The notes under the pieces are model-generated. The model worked only from the letters and a program-made list of their open reading frames with translations. It made no database searches and had not been told where the DNA came from. Source: Marsupella aquatica (taxonomy: Eukaryota; Plantae; Marchantiophyta). From it: a DNA stretch of 64,000 nt. Both the position numbers and the translations under genes were made by a program. Position 1 is the stretch's first letter, and every line of letters starts with the position of its first letter. Shown here piece by piece: positions 53,437 through 64,000 of the stretch. The DNA lies in the NCBI GenBank assembly GCA_973895155.1, contig OZ316896.1, forward strand, positions 12,132,549 through 12,196,548, in the 5' to 3' direction.

Positions 53437-54915
53437 ATGGATTTTGTGAAGAGAATTAGAAGTTTTGGTGGCGATTTGAGCTCGACGAGAAGTGGTCCTT
53501 TCACCACTGGAAAGGCTAGTTCAAGCGGGAGCGAGATAAGTCAGTTGGGAACTGCAGGGACGTACAGCCGGATATTCAGCTCGGTCGGAATTAGTAGTAC
53601 TGATCCAATCTTGGAAAACAGGCTGGGAGAAGTGGTGTACGTTGTCTACTTCATTCTTGGAGCTGGATTTTTACTCCCTTGGAATGCCTTCATCACAGCT
53701 GTGGACTACTTTGGATACCTGTACCCAGGTAGTCACGTGGACAGGATCTTCAGTGTCTCTTATCTCGTCCCATGTCTCGTCATTCTTTCCTTGCTCATCG
53801 CCTATGGGCAACGCTTGGGTCCACGGGCACGCATCAGTTGTGGCCTGGGATTATTCATCATCAGTATTATGGTTGTTCCGATCATGGAAGCGCTGTTCAT
53901 CAATGGGGAGCAAGGAAGCTCTTGGACCTATTCTGTGACAGTCGGTGCTGTAGTGGTGGCAGGAGTTGGTGATGCTCTTGTGCAGGGAACTCTCATAGGG
54001 TTTGCTGGTCATCTCCCAGAGAGGTATACTCAGGCTATAGTCTCTGGCACAGGTTTCTCTGGCGTACTTGTGTCCCTCCTCCGCATTATCACAAAGAATG
54101 CCTTCCCTGACACTCCCAGTGGGCTGCGAGCGAGTGCCAACATATACTTCTCTGTCAGTGCCGTGCTCTTGGTTTTCTGCCTCATATCTTACAATACTGT
54201 CCATGGAGTAGTTATTGAGATGGTGCACAAGAATGAATCTGAAGAAGAGGCAGTGAAGGGTCTGACCATTGAATCTGGTTCAGATTCGAATGAGGAGACC
54301 GGGATTGAAGGACTGAATCATCGACAAAAGGGGCAACTTTCTGCTGTACCCACGACTTCTGGCTCACCCACCGCGGTTGTGAAATTGGAGACAGGGAACT
54401 ACTTGGTGGCCCAAAGAGTCGGGTGGAAGCAAATTCTTTTCCAAGTCTCGTGGCTAGCAGTGGGGATGGCTCTAACTTATGTGATTACACTCGCCATATT
54501 CCCAGGATTCCTTACGGAAGACGTGACATCTGATGCCTTGGGAGATTGGTATGCCGTTCTTCTGATTGGCTGCTACAATGTGTTTGACCTTGTGGGCAAG
54601 TCCCTCCCTGCGAAGTTTCTTCCTTCAAAGCAAGTTTGTGGCTTTGGTTGGGCGGCTGCAAGACTTCTGTTCTTTCCTCTGTACTCTGCCTGCGTCCATG
54701 GCCCACAACTTTTCAGGACCGAGGCCCCAGTTTTCGTGCTGACGGGATTGCTGGGCCTTACCAATGGCTACCTGACCACATGTTTCTTTCTTCTGGCCCC
54801 CAAGGGCTTCAAAAGTGGCTCACTGGATGCAGAGACTGCTGGAGTTGTCATGGTGCTGGCGCTGGAAGTGGGGCTGACTCTTGGCTCGTTGATGAGCTGG
54901 GTCTGGGTAGTTTAG
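53437..54915 (+). CDS. Equilibrative nucleoside transporter (ENT1-like, SLC29 family), intronless CDS
   Basis: Many hydrophobic TM segments with the ENT signatures LGAGFLLPWNAFITAVDYF, LPERYTQA..SG...SGVLVS, YVITLAIFPGFLTED, YNVFDLVGK and GLTNGYLTT. The first ATG is at 53437; the ORF track starts at an upstream GTG. Confidence 0.95.
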   Translation: MDFVKRIRSFGGDLSSTRSGPFTTGKASSSGSEISQLGTAGTYSRIFSSVGISSTDPILENRLGEVVYVVYFILGAGFLLPWNAFITAVDYFGYLYPGSHVDRIFSVSYLVPCLVILSLLIAYGQRLGPRARISCGLGLFIISIMVVPIMEALFINGEQGSSWTYSVTVGAVVVAGVGDALVQGTLIGFAGHLPERYTQAIVSGTGFSGVLVSLLRIITKNAFPDTPSGLRASANIYFSVSAVLLVFCLISYNTVHGVVIEMVHKNESEEEAVKGLTIESGSDSNEETGIEGLNHRQKGQLSAVPTTSGSPTAVVKLETGNYLVAQRVGWKQILFQVSWLAVGMALTYVITLAIFPGFLTEDVTSDALGDWYAVLLIGCYNVFDLVGKSLPAKFLPSKQVCGFGWAAARLLFFPLYSACVHGPQLFRTEAPVFVLTGLLGLTNGYLTTCFFLLAPKGFKSGSLDAETAGVVMVLALEVGLTLGSLMSWVWVV

Positions 54916-55621
54916 GCTCTTTTGAGAATTTCTGATGATGGCAGCAGGGTACCAAAAACTTTGCGTCACCAGCACATCGCACCGAGGTTGGCCTCCGTCA
55001 CGAGGATCGTCGTCCTCCATTTATTTCACTGTTTGACATCCGTGCAGTCCATCTGTAAGGAGCTCCTGAGATGTCCATACTCCATACAAATTTAAAAGAG
55101 TACAAATTGGATGTACAAATTGATTCTGTGGCAAGTTCAGTACAGATCATTTTTTGCTGATGAGTGTCACCGTTGGAATGTCTGGGCTAGCTTGGACGAC
55201 AAGTGGCCCAGCACGGGCTGATTAGCCCTTATCCTAGTTGCCTCTTCGCGCCACATACGTGCGTGGTCTGGGATTGTCTATTTCTAATCCAATGGGACAG
55301 CTAGGTGAACTAGTACGTCAGATAGATTTTAACTGATGTCACAGATTCTTTTAGGTGAGAAGCCCCACTGGATACCGCCGGTGGGTGCATTGGAAATAAT
55401 TTAATGAGAATCCGACTCTCGCAATCGGAGACCACTTTTTGGGATCAAATTCAATGCGGATCTGCGATGATAGCTTTGCCTCTGTTGAATCAATTTCTCA
55501 TCTCACAACTGTACAAACGTTGCTGGATACCCAACACAATATGCACCGAAGAAGCGCCAATTCCCTTTAATTATGTCTTCTGAGTACAGACTGCGTTTGG
55601 CAAATATATCTAGTGTATGAT

Positions 55622-58600
55622 CTAGCAAGGCCAAAGATCACCCCACATCAATTTTTTACCTCGAAGGTGCTGTGCCAGCTTTGATTTTCTAGCCCATATT
55701 ACACGGTTTAGGCTTCCTTTTGATCCTTCCCTATCCGCAGCTCGGCACACATCCAGAAGTACATGCCGTCCCCTTCGCAGCGGCCGCCGAATAATGCGAG
55801 CCCATCCTGTGCTCAAATTTGCCGATTGATGTCCGGTCTCTGCGTTTACTTCTTCCAAGTCTGGTGATTCAGAATCGCTCTCAAACTCACTATCACTTAC
55901 TGTTTCCAAACTTGAATCTGTCCACAGACAATATAGTTAAGGATCATTATGGGATGAACATTTTGGAAGGTTCCAAACGCGCAACATTTGACAAGCACCA
56001 AAACTAAAATCCATTTCCAAAGCAATATCTTGTGGCAGATTCTCTTGATAACCACATCGAAGAAAAACAGAAAATATGAGTTTACCATCAAAAATGTCAT
56101 TGGAAGAATCAAATTCCACAAATTCGACACTGTCCTGCAGCTCCTCTGAAGTCTCATTCTTCAAGCTTTCTTGCAATTCAGTGAGAGGCCATGGATCACT
56201 GCACTCATGACGTCCATGAAAACAAACATTACACAATTTGTGCTGGGATGTGCGCTAGCCAGTCTTTGATATGCTGATAGGCTTGTCTTCTGCTGTTCTT
56301 ACCGACGATGAAGCTGTGGGTTCAGAGCGAGCACACAGTCCGTCTAAAAGTTGCGGCAAATTGCTATCCAGAAGGACTCCAGACTTCAGATGACTTGAAG
56401 GAGAAAGTACGTTTGGGAAAATGACGTACCCGAGACGAAGGCCACGGCGGAGGACAATGAACGAATATTTCTCATCTTCATAAGCTCGCAATGGCGCAGA
56501 GCTATGTCTCTAAAAACAATCAGAGACAAGCTTAGTCACAGTACACAAATCAATCAAGTACTACATGCCACATGAAGGAGCCATACACAGACCATGAAGC
56601 AAAAAATGACGTTTGCACTCACTTTAGAAATCCTCTGTAGTGAGGTGCGTTGCAGGCGTTGCGAAAAATGGCAAAATATACTCAATCCATCCATTGGGCA
56701 AGCACCATCATGCGAACACTGCACTCCAAAAACAAGGCAGGGTCGGAACAAGTAGAAGAGAAACTCTGGAACACATTTTAAAGCTCTTCAAAAACCTCAC
56801 CATCCTCAAATTATCTGCAAATCGAACCTCCAGATAAATGATTTAATTGAGAATTGACACTGGTGTAGAACCAGACTTATTACTTACTGGGGCTACTACA
56901 TATGCACCAGCTGAAGTACGCTCTGCTGCTGGAGTGTCCTTTATCTCCAAGTCTGGTGTTACTGGCTTCCCATCCTTGGACATTTGTGGACCACGCGTTT
57001 GCCTGCGTAGTTTCTACAGCTTCCACGATTGGAAAACACAATCAGCAATGCCACTAGCGGAGACATAGACCAATCGTATGGCGATTTCAACGGGCCATGG
57101 AAAAGCATGCTTACAAATGAATGAAAGCCTTCCGTCAAGCATAGGCAGTACCTCTGTAGCAGCACACTCACTAGAAAGTCCTGAACAGTTATATCGAATT
57201 CAGTAATCATGATTACCTTTCGCTCCAACTGCAATATGTGTGATCTCATTTCACGAACATTTGCTGATCCTTGAGGGGTCCCAGGTTCTACAAGCACCTT
57301 CAGGAAGTGTTGAGAAAAATCGTGATAAGTATACAATTTTTAACAATCATGATAGTGCTTGCACGTCAGTTCGATAAACAATTTCCAAAAGTTCTTCTTC
57401 TGCAGTTCTCCTCCACAAGAGACCTGAGTAGGGACTCAAATATTTTAGGGGCTATCAAGAACGACGGGCTCGGCATTGTGGTATTGACTTACTAGAATGT
57501 CGCTGGTAAAAGACCACAATTGGCGTACCACGCTGATCCGATCTTCCTTGGAAGGTAGCTCCCCTAATGTATATGACTACACATCAGTCAACAGGCATGT
57601 ACTCAAAGTCAGACTCACTTTACAGCTGGGTATCTGCAAAATTCGGCGTGGCTTATGGAGAAGCGAGGATGGACATTAACAGATAACAATTAATATCTGT
57701 CTAGAGGATGAGAGGTTGGGAAGTCGAGTTCGCACTTCGATGACTACCACACATGATCATGCACAACGAAACCTGTCCAAAAAGTGTTGAAAAGATCAAA
57801 AGCAGCTGGGAAAAAAAGCAAAGGATGAAATAAGGATCTCACTGCTATGACAAGGTCATGTTCCCGACGACCTCGACGAATACTCTTAGACAAGTCCAGT
57901 AGACTCGGATAGCTTTTCATGCGGGGAAAATTCTGCACATCTTGCCCATAACAAGATTGTTGCCAACCATCAAATGAGCAGCTTCGATATCGTGCTTAGG
58001 AAACTAATGCTGTCCATGATTACACCTGGCTAAACTGTGCATGTCAATATGATTATTCAACACAGCTATTATGCCTAAAATCCAATTCTTACCAAGTACT
58101 TTTCTGACGTAACAAACTGGGCACGGTGCCAGACGTATTCAATATCCTAGATTTGTCAACTGCAAGCAAATAGCCTTTGCTTTACTGAGAACATCAATAG
58201 ATATCCGAGAAGGACTACCTGTCAAGAGCCCTCTGCAGGCAGCAGACATGAATTCACAGGGCTCGACTAAATTTGCCGTCTTCACAACTCCGGGCCAGAC
58301 CTCACTCGAAGCCCTGCTCGCAATTGCACAAAGATAAAAAACACCCAAATCCAAGCAATCTTTACCTGCTTGAAGCACACGATTCTTGCACTATGATACT
58401 GTGTCGACCGAATACAAAAACTCACGCGAAGTAGTCATCAAAACGAGGACTTGTTTACACACCCGACGCTGCGAACTTCTCATATCAAACCACTGACGCT
58501 CTTAAACTTTATCAACCTATCAAATTATAGATAGCCCAACTTCATTCAATGATCAACTCACAATGCGAGTAAACTCTTCAATGACCCACTCTTACCAGAG

Positions 58601-59496
58601 GGCAGTTCCTGGTCCAGATCCGAAGTCCAGTATATGGGAAGGTCTGAAGTCCGGAACTCTACGAGAAACCTGACAAAGGATATCGAAAAAATCAGCGAAG
58701 TACAAACGCTTCTGAGATGACAGAACTGTCAAAACTAAAATTATGAGAATCTGTCGTAATTTAAAGGACACCGGACCCTACTTTGTACTGGACGACGTTT
58801 CGAACTCTGGGATTTAAAATACTTCTTTTCCACTGGTACCTAAAGACTACTACATTAATCATCCAGTTCGTGCCAAAGATTGTGGAAACTACCTCAGACA
58901 GCACACGGTGAACTGCTCCATAAATGGCCGGCATTCGAGCAGCCACATATGCAGCTGTACTCTTCTCCGTGTACAATATTGACTCCTCTACTGAAGGTTC
59001 AACGATCACTTTTTTCACACGTGCTTGTCTACTTTTCTTGAACTCGTCAAGAGCCTCCTGAGCAGCCTCTGACCCTCCCACTGCCTCCAATTCCTGCAGC
59101 TTACTCTGTGCTCCAACCGGGTCTTTGATATTCCGTAGAGAAGCAGAGAGCCGTGACACATTTTTCTTCAGTTCACCAGCTGAATACTCTGCGTGATCGA
59201 ACAACGCGCAAAATTCAGACTAGATTTCCAGCTGCATTGCCCAAACCAATCGAATCATCATACCTTAAACACGGTTCAGTCAACGTATAATCCAAACACG
59301 AATGGAAATCTAGGAAAGGAAATTGAAGATCTGAAACAAAAAAGACGAAAAGAAAGAAAAGATCTAGCATACCTTCCAAGAATTTGGATATAGCTGAATC
59401 CAAAGCAGGAGGGAGAAGGAGTAGTCGCGGGGCCTGCCGAGCCGCATCTGTTAACCCTTTCCGTCTCCCAAAAATTTGCCGCACCTCAGCAGCCAT
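55622..59496 (-). CDS. RSM22: RSM22/METTL17 mitoribosome small-subunit assembly methyltransferase-like protein, multi-exon
   Basis: Exon blocks encode YVAARMPAIYGAVHRVLSE, PDFRPSHILDFGSGPGTALW (SAM-binding), VLVEPGTPQG, CSHDGACP..FCHFSQRLQR, YEDEKYSFIVLRRG, GWARIIRRPLRRGRHVLLDVC and WGDLWP. The Cys residues expected for the family's Fe-S cluster are retained. Confidence 0.9.
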
Positions 59497-59857
59497 ATCT
59501 TCTCCTGCGATATGCTAAGCGACGACAGCCGCGTCAAATTCTAGCTCCAGCTCTCATTACCAGATTCCTCGTCACAATTCTCAAATCCGCAATTCAGACG
59601 CAATTCTTCGATTCCATCTCCTTCTTTTCGCCTCTCCGACATTTAAGCGCATCTGCCAAGTTCGATGCGGTCAGTTTCGACATTTGGAAAGCCAATTGTC
59701 ATGAGCATCGGTTCTCAATTCTTACATTCTAACAATTGTTCTCGAGTGACGAGAGTTCCCAAAATCAGGAACTCTGTTTCCACAATCGTCGTCTCTCCTT
59801 CGTATCGCTTGAGATTAGGGCACAGTTGGGCCTTCAGTATTCGCGCTTCTCTTTCGT

Positions 59858-60680
59858 GGTGGTGGTTCCATGCTCACCCCCATCCCTTTGCAGTGGGGGA
59901 TAGGTTCGGTGCTTGCGTTTTGGTGGTTCCATGCTCACCCCCACTTCTTTTGCAGTCGGGGGTTCACTCATATTGTGGATGTTTCGTGCCCACTCCTGTC
60001 GCTTTGCATTGAGGGGATCAATTCACTGGGTTGTGGTGGTTCCATGCTCACCCCCACCTCTTTGGAGTGGGGGATTGGTTCTCACTCCTGTTGCTTTTGC
60101 AGTGGGGGGATCAATTCACTTGGTTGTGGTGGTTCCATGCTCACCACTGTTGCGTTGCAGTGGGGGATTGGTTCACTTGTGTTGTGGCGGTTCCATGCTC
60201 ACCCCCATTGCTTTTGCGGTGGGAGATTGGTTCACTTGCATAGTGACGGTTTTGGTGCTCACTCCTGTTGCTTTGCAGTGGGGGGATCAATTCACTTGGT
60301 TGTGGTGGTTCCATGCTCACCCCTGTTGCTTTGCAGGGGGAGACTAGTTCACTTGTGTTTAGGCGGTTCCTGCTCACCCTGGCCACCGCTTTGCAGTGGG
60401 GGATTGCTTCACTTGCATTGTGACGGTTTTGGTGCTCACTCTTGTTGCTTTGCAGGGGGGGATCAATTCACTTGGTTGTGGTGGTTCCATGGTCACCCCT
60501 GTCGCTTTGCAGTGGGGGGCTGCTTCACTTGCGTTTAGGCGGTTCAATGCTCACCCCCATCACTTTGCTGTGGGGGATTGCTTCACTTGCTTTGTGGCAG
60601 TTCCATGCTCACCCTCGTCGATTTACAGTGGGGGATTGGCTCACTTGGGTTGTGGCAGTTCCATGCTCACCTCCATTGCA
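59858..60680. repeat. GC-rich minisatellite, ~58-59-bp unit, about 14 copies, with a ~177-bp higher-order period
   Basis: Consensus approximately GGTGGTTCCATGCTCACCCCCATYGCTTTGCAGTGGGGGATTGGTTCACTTGTGTT. The variant GGGGATCAATTCACT recurs at about 60013, 60106, 60282 and 60458. Confidence 0.95.
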
Positions 60681-61919
60681 TTTTTAAAGTTTTTTATTTA
60701 AATTGTAGTATCATTTATACACATCTTACCAAGTGAAGCCTTCTCATTTATCTCCCAACATAGTCTAGATGGTTGAAAATGATGCTCCCATGGACCCTAG
60801 ACAGAAACCATACAATTGGGATGGATTAATTGGGAATATTCTCTGACTCATTGTGAGTACAATGGTTCATCTAAGTTGCAAAAATACATGGGAGCATTTC
60901 GACAAACCTAGGGGTCTATCCAGGCTTCATTTTCCTACATGGCTAGAACATGATTGCAAAACACATCTCCAAAAGGAGCCCGTTTGAGAGGTCTCAATGA
61001 ACACTATGGTAGCTCTTGTGAAGCAAACAGCCTTGGCAGAGCTCTTGACAGGAATTCTGGCGCCAAATTTTATCAAAATGAGGCAATGCTGATGGAGGCA
61101 GGAGATGTGAACTTGTGGCACAAGGATGCCAGTAGATGTGCTTTGGCAGCACTGTCTGGGAAAAGCATAATCCAGACTTGGAAAAATGCCACATATTCTG
61201 GTCTGGAAAACTGAAAGCATAGTAGCCTAGAAAAAGTATGCTGATGCCTACCATTGGTGCAACCGGAAAAAACACCTTGGGCCTGTATATGGGAGGAAAT
61301 GCTGACCCATAGCCCGATGCCGAACACCTGTGTGGATGCTCTTAGTAGAAGTCTTTTGCTTGAACATAACTTTTTGTCAACAGTCTTGCTCAATATCTCT
61401 ATTAGTAGAGTTGTTCTCATGGATTTAATACAGGTCACATCAACTTTGATAAGAAGAATTGACATTCATGTGAAAGAAAGTAGATGGGACTTTCCAAGAA
61501 GAGGACCTGGAAAGCTAAACGTCGTTGCTCGTCCCCGTGCTCATAGTGCTCATCAAACACAAACATAGATATGGATCTGGCTCTGTCAGATCCATCTATA
61601 CCCCTTTTATCTCAATTTCCCCTGCCTGAGCTGCCTGTAGCCTACACAAACCTGTCTGAGATGAAAATTCATTGAAAATTAATTAAAAATTCTTTGTTGA
61701 AATTTGAATTTGAATAATTGGATATAGCTTTACATTTTTGAGAAAACTTAAGTATAAATAAAATCTGATTTCTCTAAAAATTTAAAACTAAAAAAAACAA
61801 AATTTTCCTTATCACTTGATTGTGCTTGGACTCTATCATGTGGTGGCAGTTGTCTCGCGTCTCCATTTTCTATAAGCAACGCATGGATTATTGAACACCA
61901 TCACAACAACTTTACCTTG

Positions 61920-62350
61920 ATTTGACATATTTTTCTTATCATGCCATTTTTCTCACCCTTAACATCTTCTCTTCTTGATATAGTTTTTTTCCTCAACATC
62001 TTTTCTTCACCTCAACATTTTTTTTCATCTTGATATCTTACCTTTTTGTCACCTTGACGTTGTTATCTCACCACAACATCTTTGTCTCCTTGACATCCTT
62101 TCCTCATCTTTACATCTTGTTCTCCCCCTTGCCATATCTTTTTTTCACCTTGATGTTGTTATCTCACCACAACATCTTTCTCAACATCTTTGTCTCCTTG
62201 ACATCCTTTCCTCACCTTTACATCTTGTTCTCACCCTCGCCATATTTTGTTTCCTCTATATTTTTTCTCATTTTAATATCTTTTCCTCACCTTTCTCTTT
62301 CTCTCATTGATATCTTTTTCCACTTGATGTCTTTTCTTCACATCAATATC
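61920..62350. repeat. Pyrimidine-rich low-complexity region with a ~95-105-bp internal duplication
   Basis: TCACCTTGA.GTTGTTATCTCACCACAACATCTTT...GTCTCCTTGACATCCTTTCCTCA.CTTTACATCTTGTTCTC occurs twice. Confidence 0.75.
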
Positions 62351-62922
62351 TTTATTGCAACGCATGGGCATTGGGCTAGTCTACAACTATAATAAATGAT
62401 CTTGTCCATTTTTGTCCTTCGTCCCGTTTACGAAATGCATTAATATGGACGGGAATCATTTCTGGCCATTAGATCATGCCTAAGGTTTATTTCAACCATA
62501 TGATCTCAAAACATAGGCTCTTTCATTGAACAAGGGCTCTGACATGCCGCCCCTTTGTGCCTTTTGCCGTCACTCATCAATACCCTGGTACTCTTGAGTC
62601 CGGGCCTATGTTCAAAGACAAAACAACAAAAAGTACATTGAAGAATTAAAGTAGTGATAGTACAACCAAGGTACAAAGTACTTTTCTTGCACTCTGTGGT
62701 GAGGGCGTGGTGGGTACAATTAATACCTACTCGCAACCACAACTTTTTTCATGACAAGTGCCTTGACAATTTACTATCCAAAATTCTCTTTGAATACAAT
62801 AACTGCATAATAAATAAATAAATATTTGAATTTAAAAACAAATAATATGCTTTTACGCCTTTCTATCTTTCACTTTTGTGAAAAGCACAGGCACGGGGCT
62901 AGTGAATATAAAAACAAAACTA

Positions 62923-62939
62923 GGGGGGGGGGGGGGGGG
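62923..62939 (+). repeat. Poly-G tract (G17)
   Basis: 17 consecutive G residues. Confidence 0.9.
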
Positions 62940-64000
62940 CGTGGGTTTACATTCATTTGTTGCACATCTGTATTGCGTACTGTCTATATTGAAGTTCATT
63001 TGAATTCGGGTTGGAATTAGTACGTCGTGTCTTATCATTAGGATGTATCTTTTCTCAAAAGTATTGGAGCCATTATTGAGTGCAGTTCATATGATTTGCC
63101 AAAATACTTTCTGGGTGTAGGTTGTTTGAATGAGCCTACCCTAAAATTGTCTTCTTTATATTAAAAACTAAAGACAAGTGCAGAATAAAAAACTGGCCTG
63201 GAGGGGGTATGGGCTGTGATGCCCAGGGCGGAGCTTACAGCTGATGGCTCCCAAACAATCCATGGGTTACCAAGCGTAAGCCCCAACACTCCACATGAAA
63301 TTGTGCATCCTTAAGGCTTGGCAAGGCTGTCATGAGACTTGGAACCCCTGGCCAGGGTCATGAGGGGGTTATGGATTTTCAACACAACTGTTTGACAAAT
63401 GGTCTTGCCCAATCTCTGTACTGGTCTAGTCTTCCTCCTGGATTTAGTACCTATGACATCAAATTGATAAGAAGGGTTGACAATCATGATTGTGAAAGAA
63501 ATGGATGAGGCTTCCTCCTGGATTTAGTATGTATGACATCGAATTGATAAGAAGAGTTGACAATCATGATTTTGAAAGAAACATATGGGGCTTTCCACAA
63601 AGAGGACCTGGACAGCAAACATCGGTGCTTATCAAACAGTCATACTTTAGATATGGATGAAAAGGAAAAGATGGACCAAATGGAGCTCAAAGCACAAGAC
63701 AACACCAGTGGGGTTGGAAAAGTTATGCAAAGTGTCCCATAAACACGGCTGTCGCCCCATCATCCATCCTTGTCACTACCAATTTCTGTCCAACTTCAGT
63801 GTGCAAAGTAGATATAATTGTTAAAAAAATATTAAAATATAAACCAAGCGTTTGTGACCCAGTAAAGAGAGGAAAACAAGGGAAAAGAAAACAAGGGAAA
63901 AAACGCATGAATAATCTCATTGGGTCTGCAACGCGTATCCTTCTATCTTTCATTCAATATAAGTATATCTCACTGTCAACAAACAAACAATAACAAACCG

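Larger units (their letters stand above)
61260..63660 (+). repeat. Degenerate direct repeat (~300-450 bp) in two copies, probably a TE relic
   Basis: 61370-61575 matches 63390-63660 (GTCTTGC.CAAT.TCT...TGGATTTA...ACATCAA.TTGATAAGAAG..TTGACA.TCATG...GAAAGAAA...AGAGGACCTGGA...TAGATATGGAT). The second copy has an internal duplication. Confidence 0.65.

Noticed and set aside
59858-60680. CRISPR-like array, given the regular ~59-bp period and palindromic core
   Set aside because: The whole unit is repeated, with no unique spacers and no cas genes, and the context is eukaryotic. It is a minisatellite.
59870-60701. Cys/Gly/Trp-rich ORFs of up to 222 aa
   Set aside because: They are translations of the minisatellite that are open in several frames, and the unit length is mostly not a multiple of 3.
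62030-62392. 120-aa hydrophobic ORF resembling a membrane protein
   Set aside because: It is a product of pyrimidine-rich low-complexity duplicated sequence and starts at a non-ATG codon.

Overview
Eukaryotic nuclear DNA from a land plant. It is probably a non-seed plant such as a bryophyte or lycophyte, inferred from gene structure rather than proven. Six genes are well supported: an intronless BAHD acyltransferase (+); a 4-exon gene fusing a catalytically degenerate WRN-type DEDDy exonuclease domain to an intact UPF1-like SF1B helicase (-); ER BiP/HSP70 (-, HDEL); ER HSP90/GRP94 (+, HDEL); an intronless equilibrative nucleoside transporter (+); and RSM22/METTL17 (-). BiP and GRP94 are arranged head-to-head, with a dense cluster of UPR-type elements next to BiP. 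The 17-34 kb interval is AT-rich and repetitive. It holds a small orphan ORF between ~800-bp direct repeats and a ~9.5-kb segment bounded by imperfect inverted repeats. That segment carries intron-containing fragments of TASH3 and FEN1, an AT-hook repeat block and a transposase-like remnant, consistent with a gene-capturing transposon. MITE-like fold-backs and a ~59-bp hairpin minisatellite lie in promoter regions. Exon boundaries were read by eye from GT-AG sites and reading-frame continuity. Family assignments come from recognised motifs, not from database searches.
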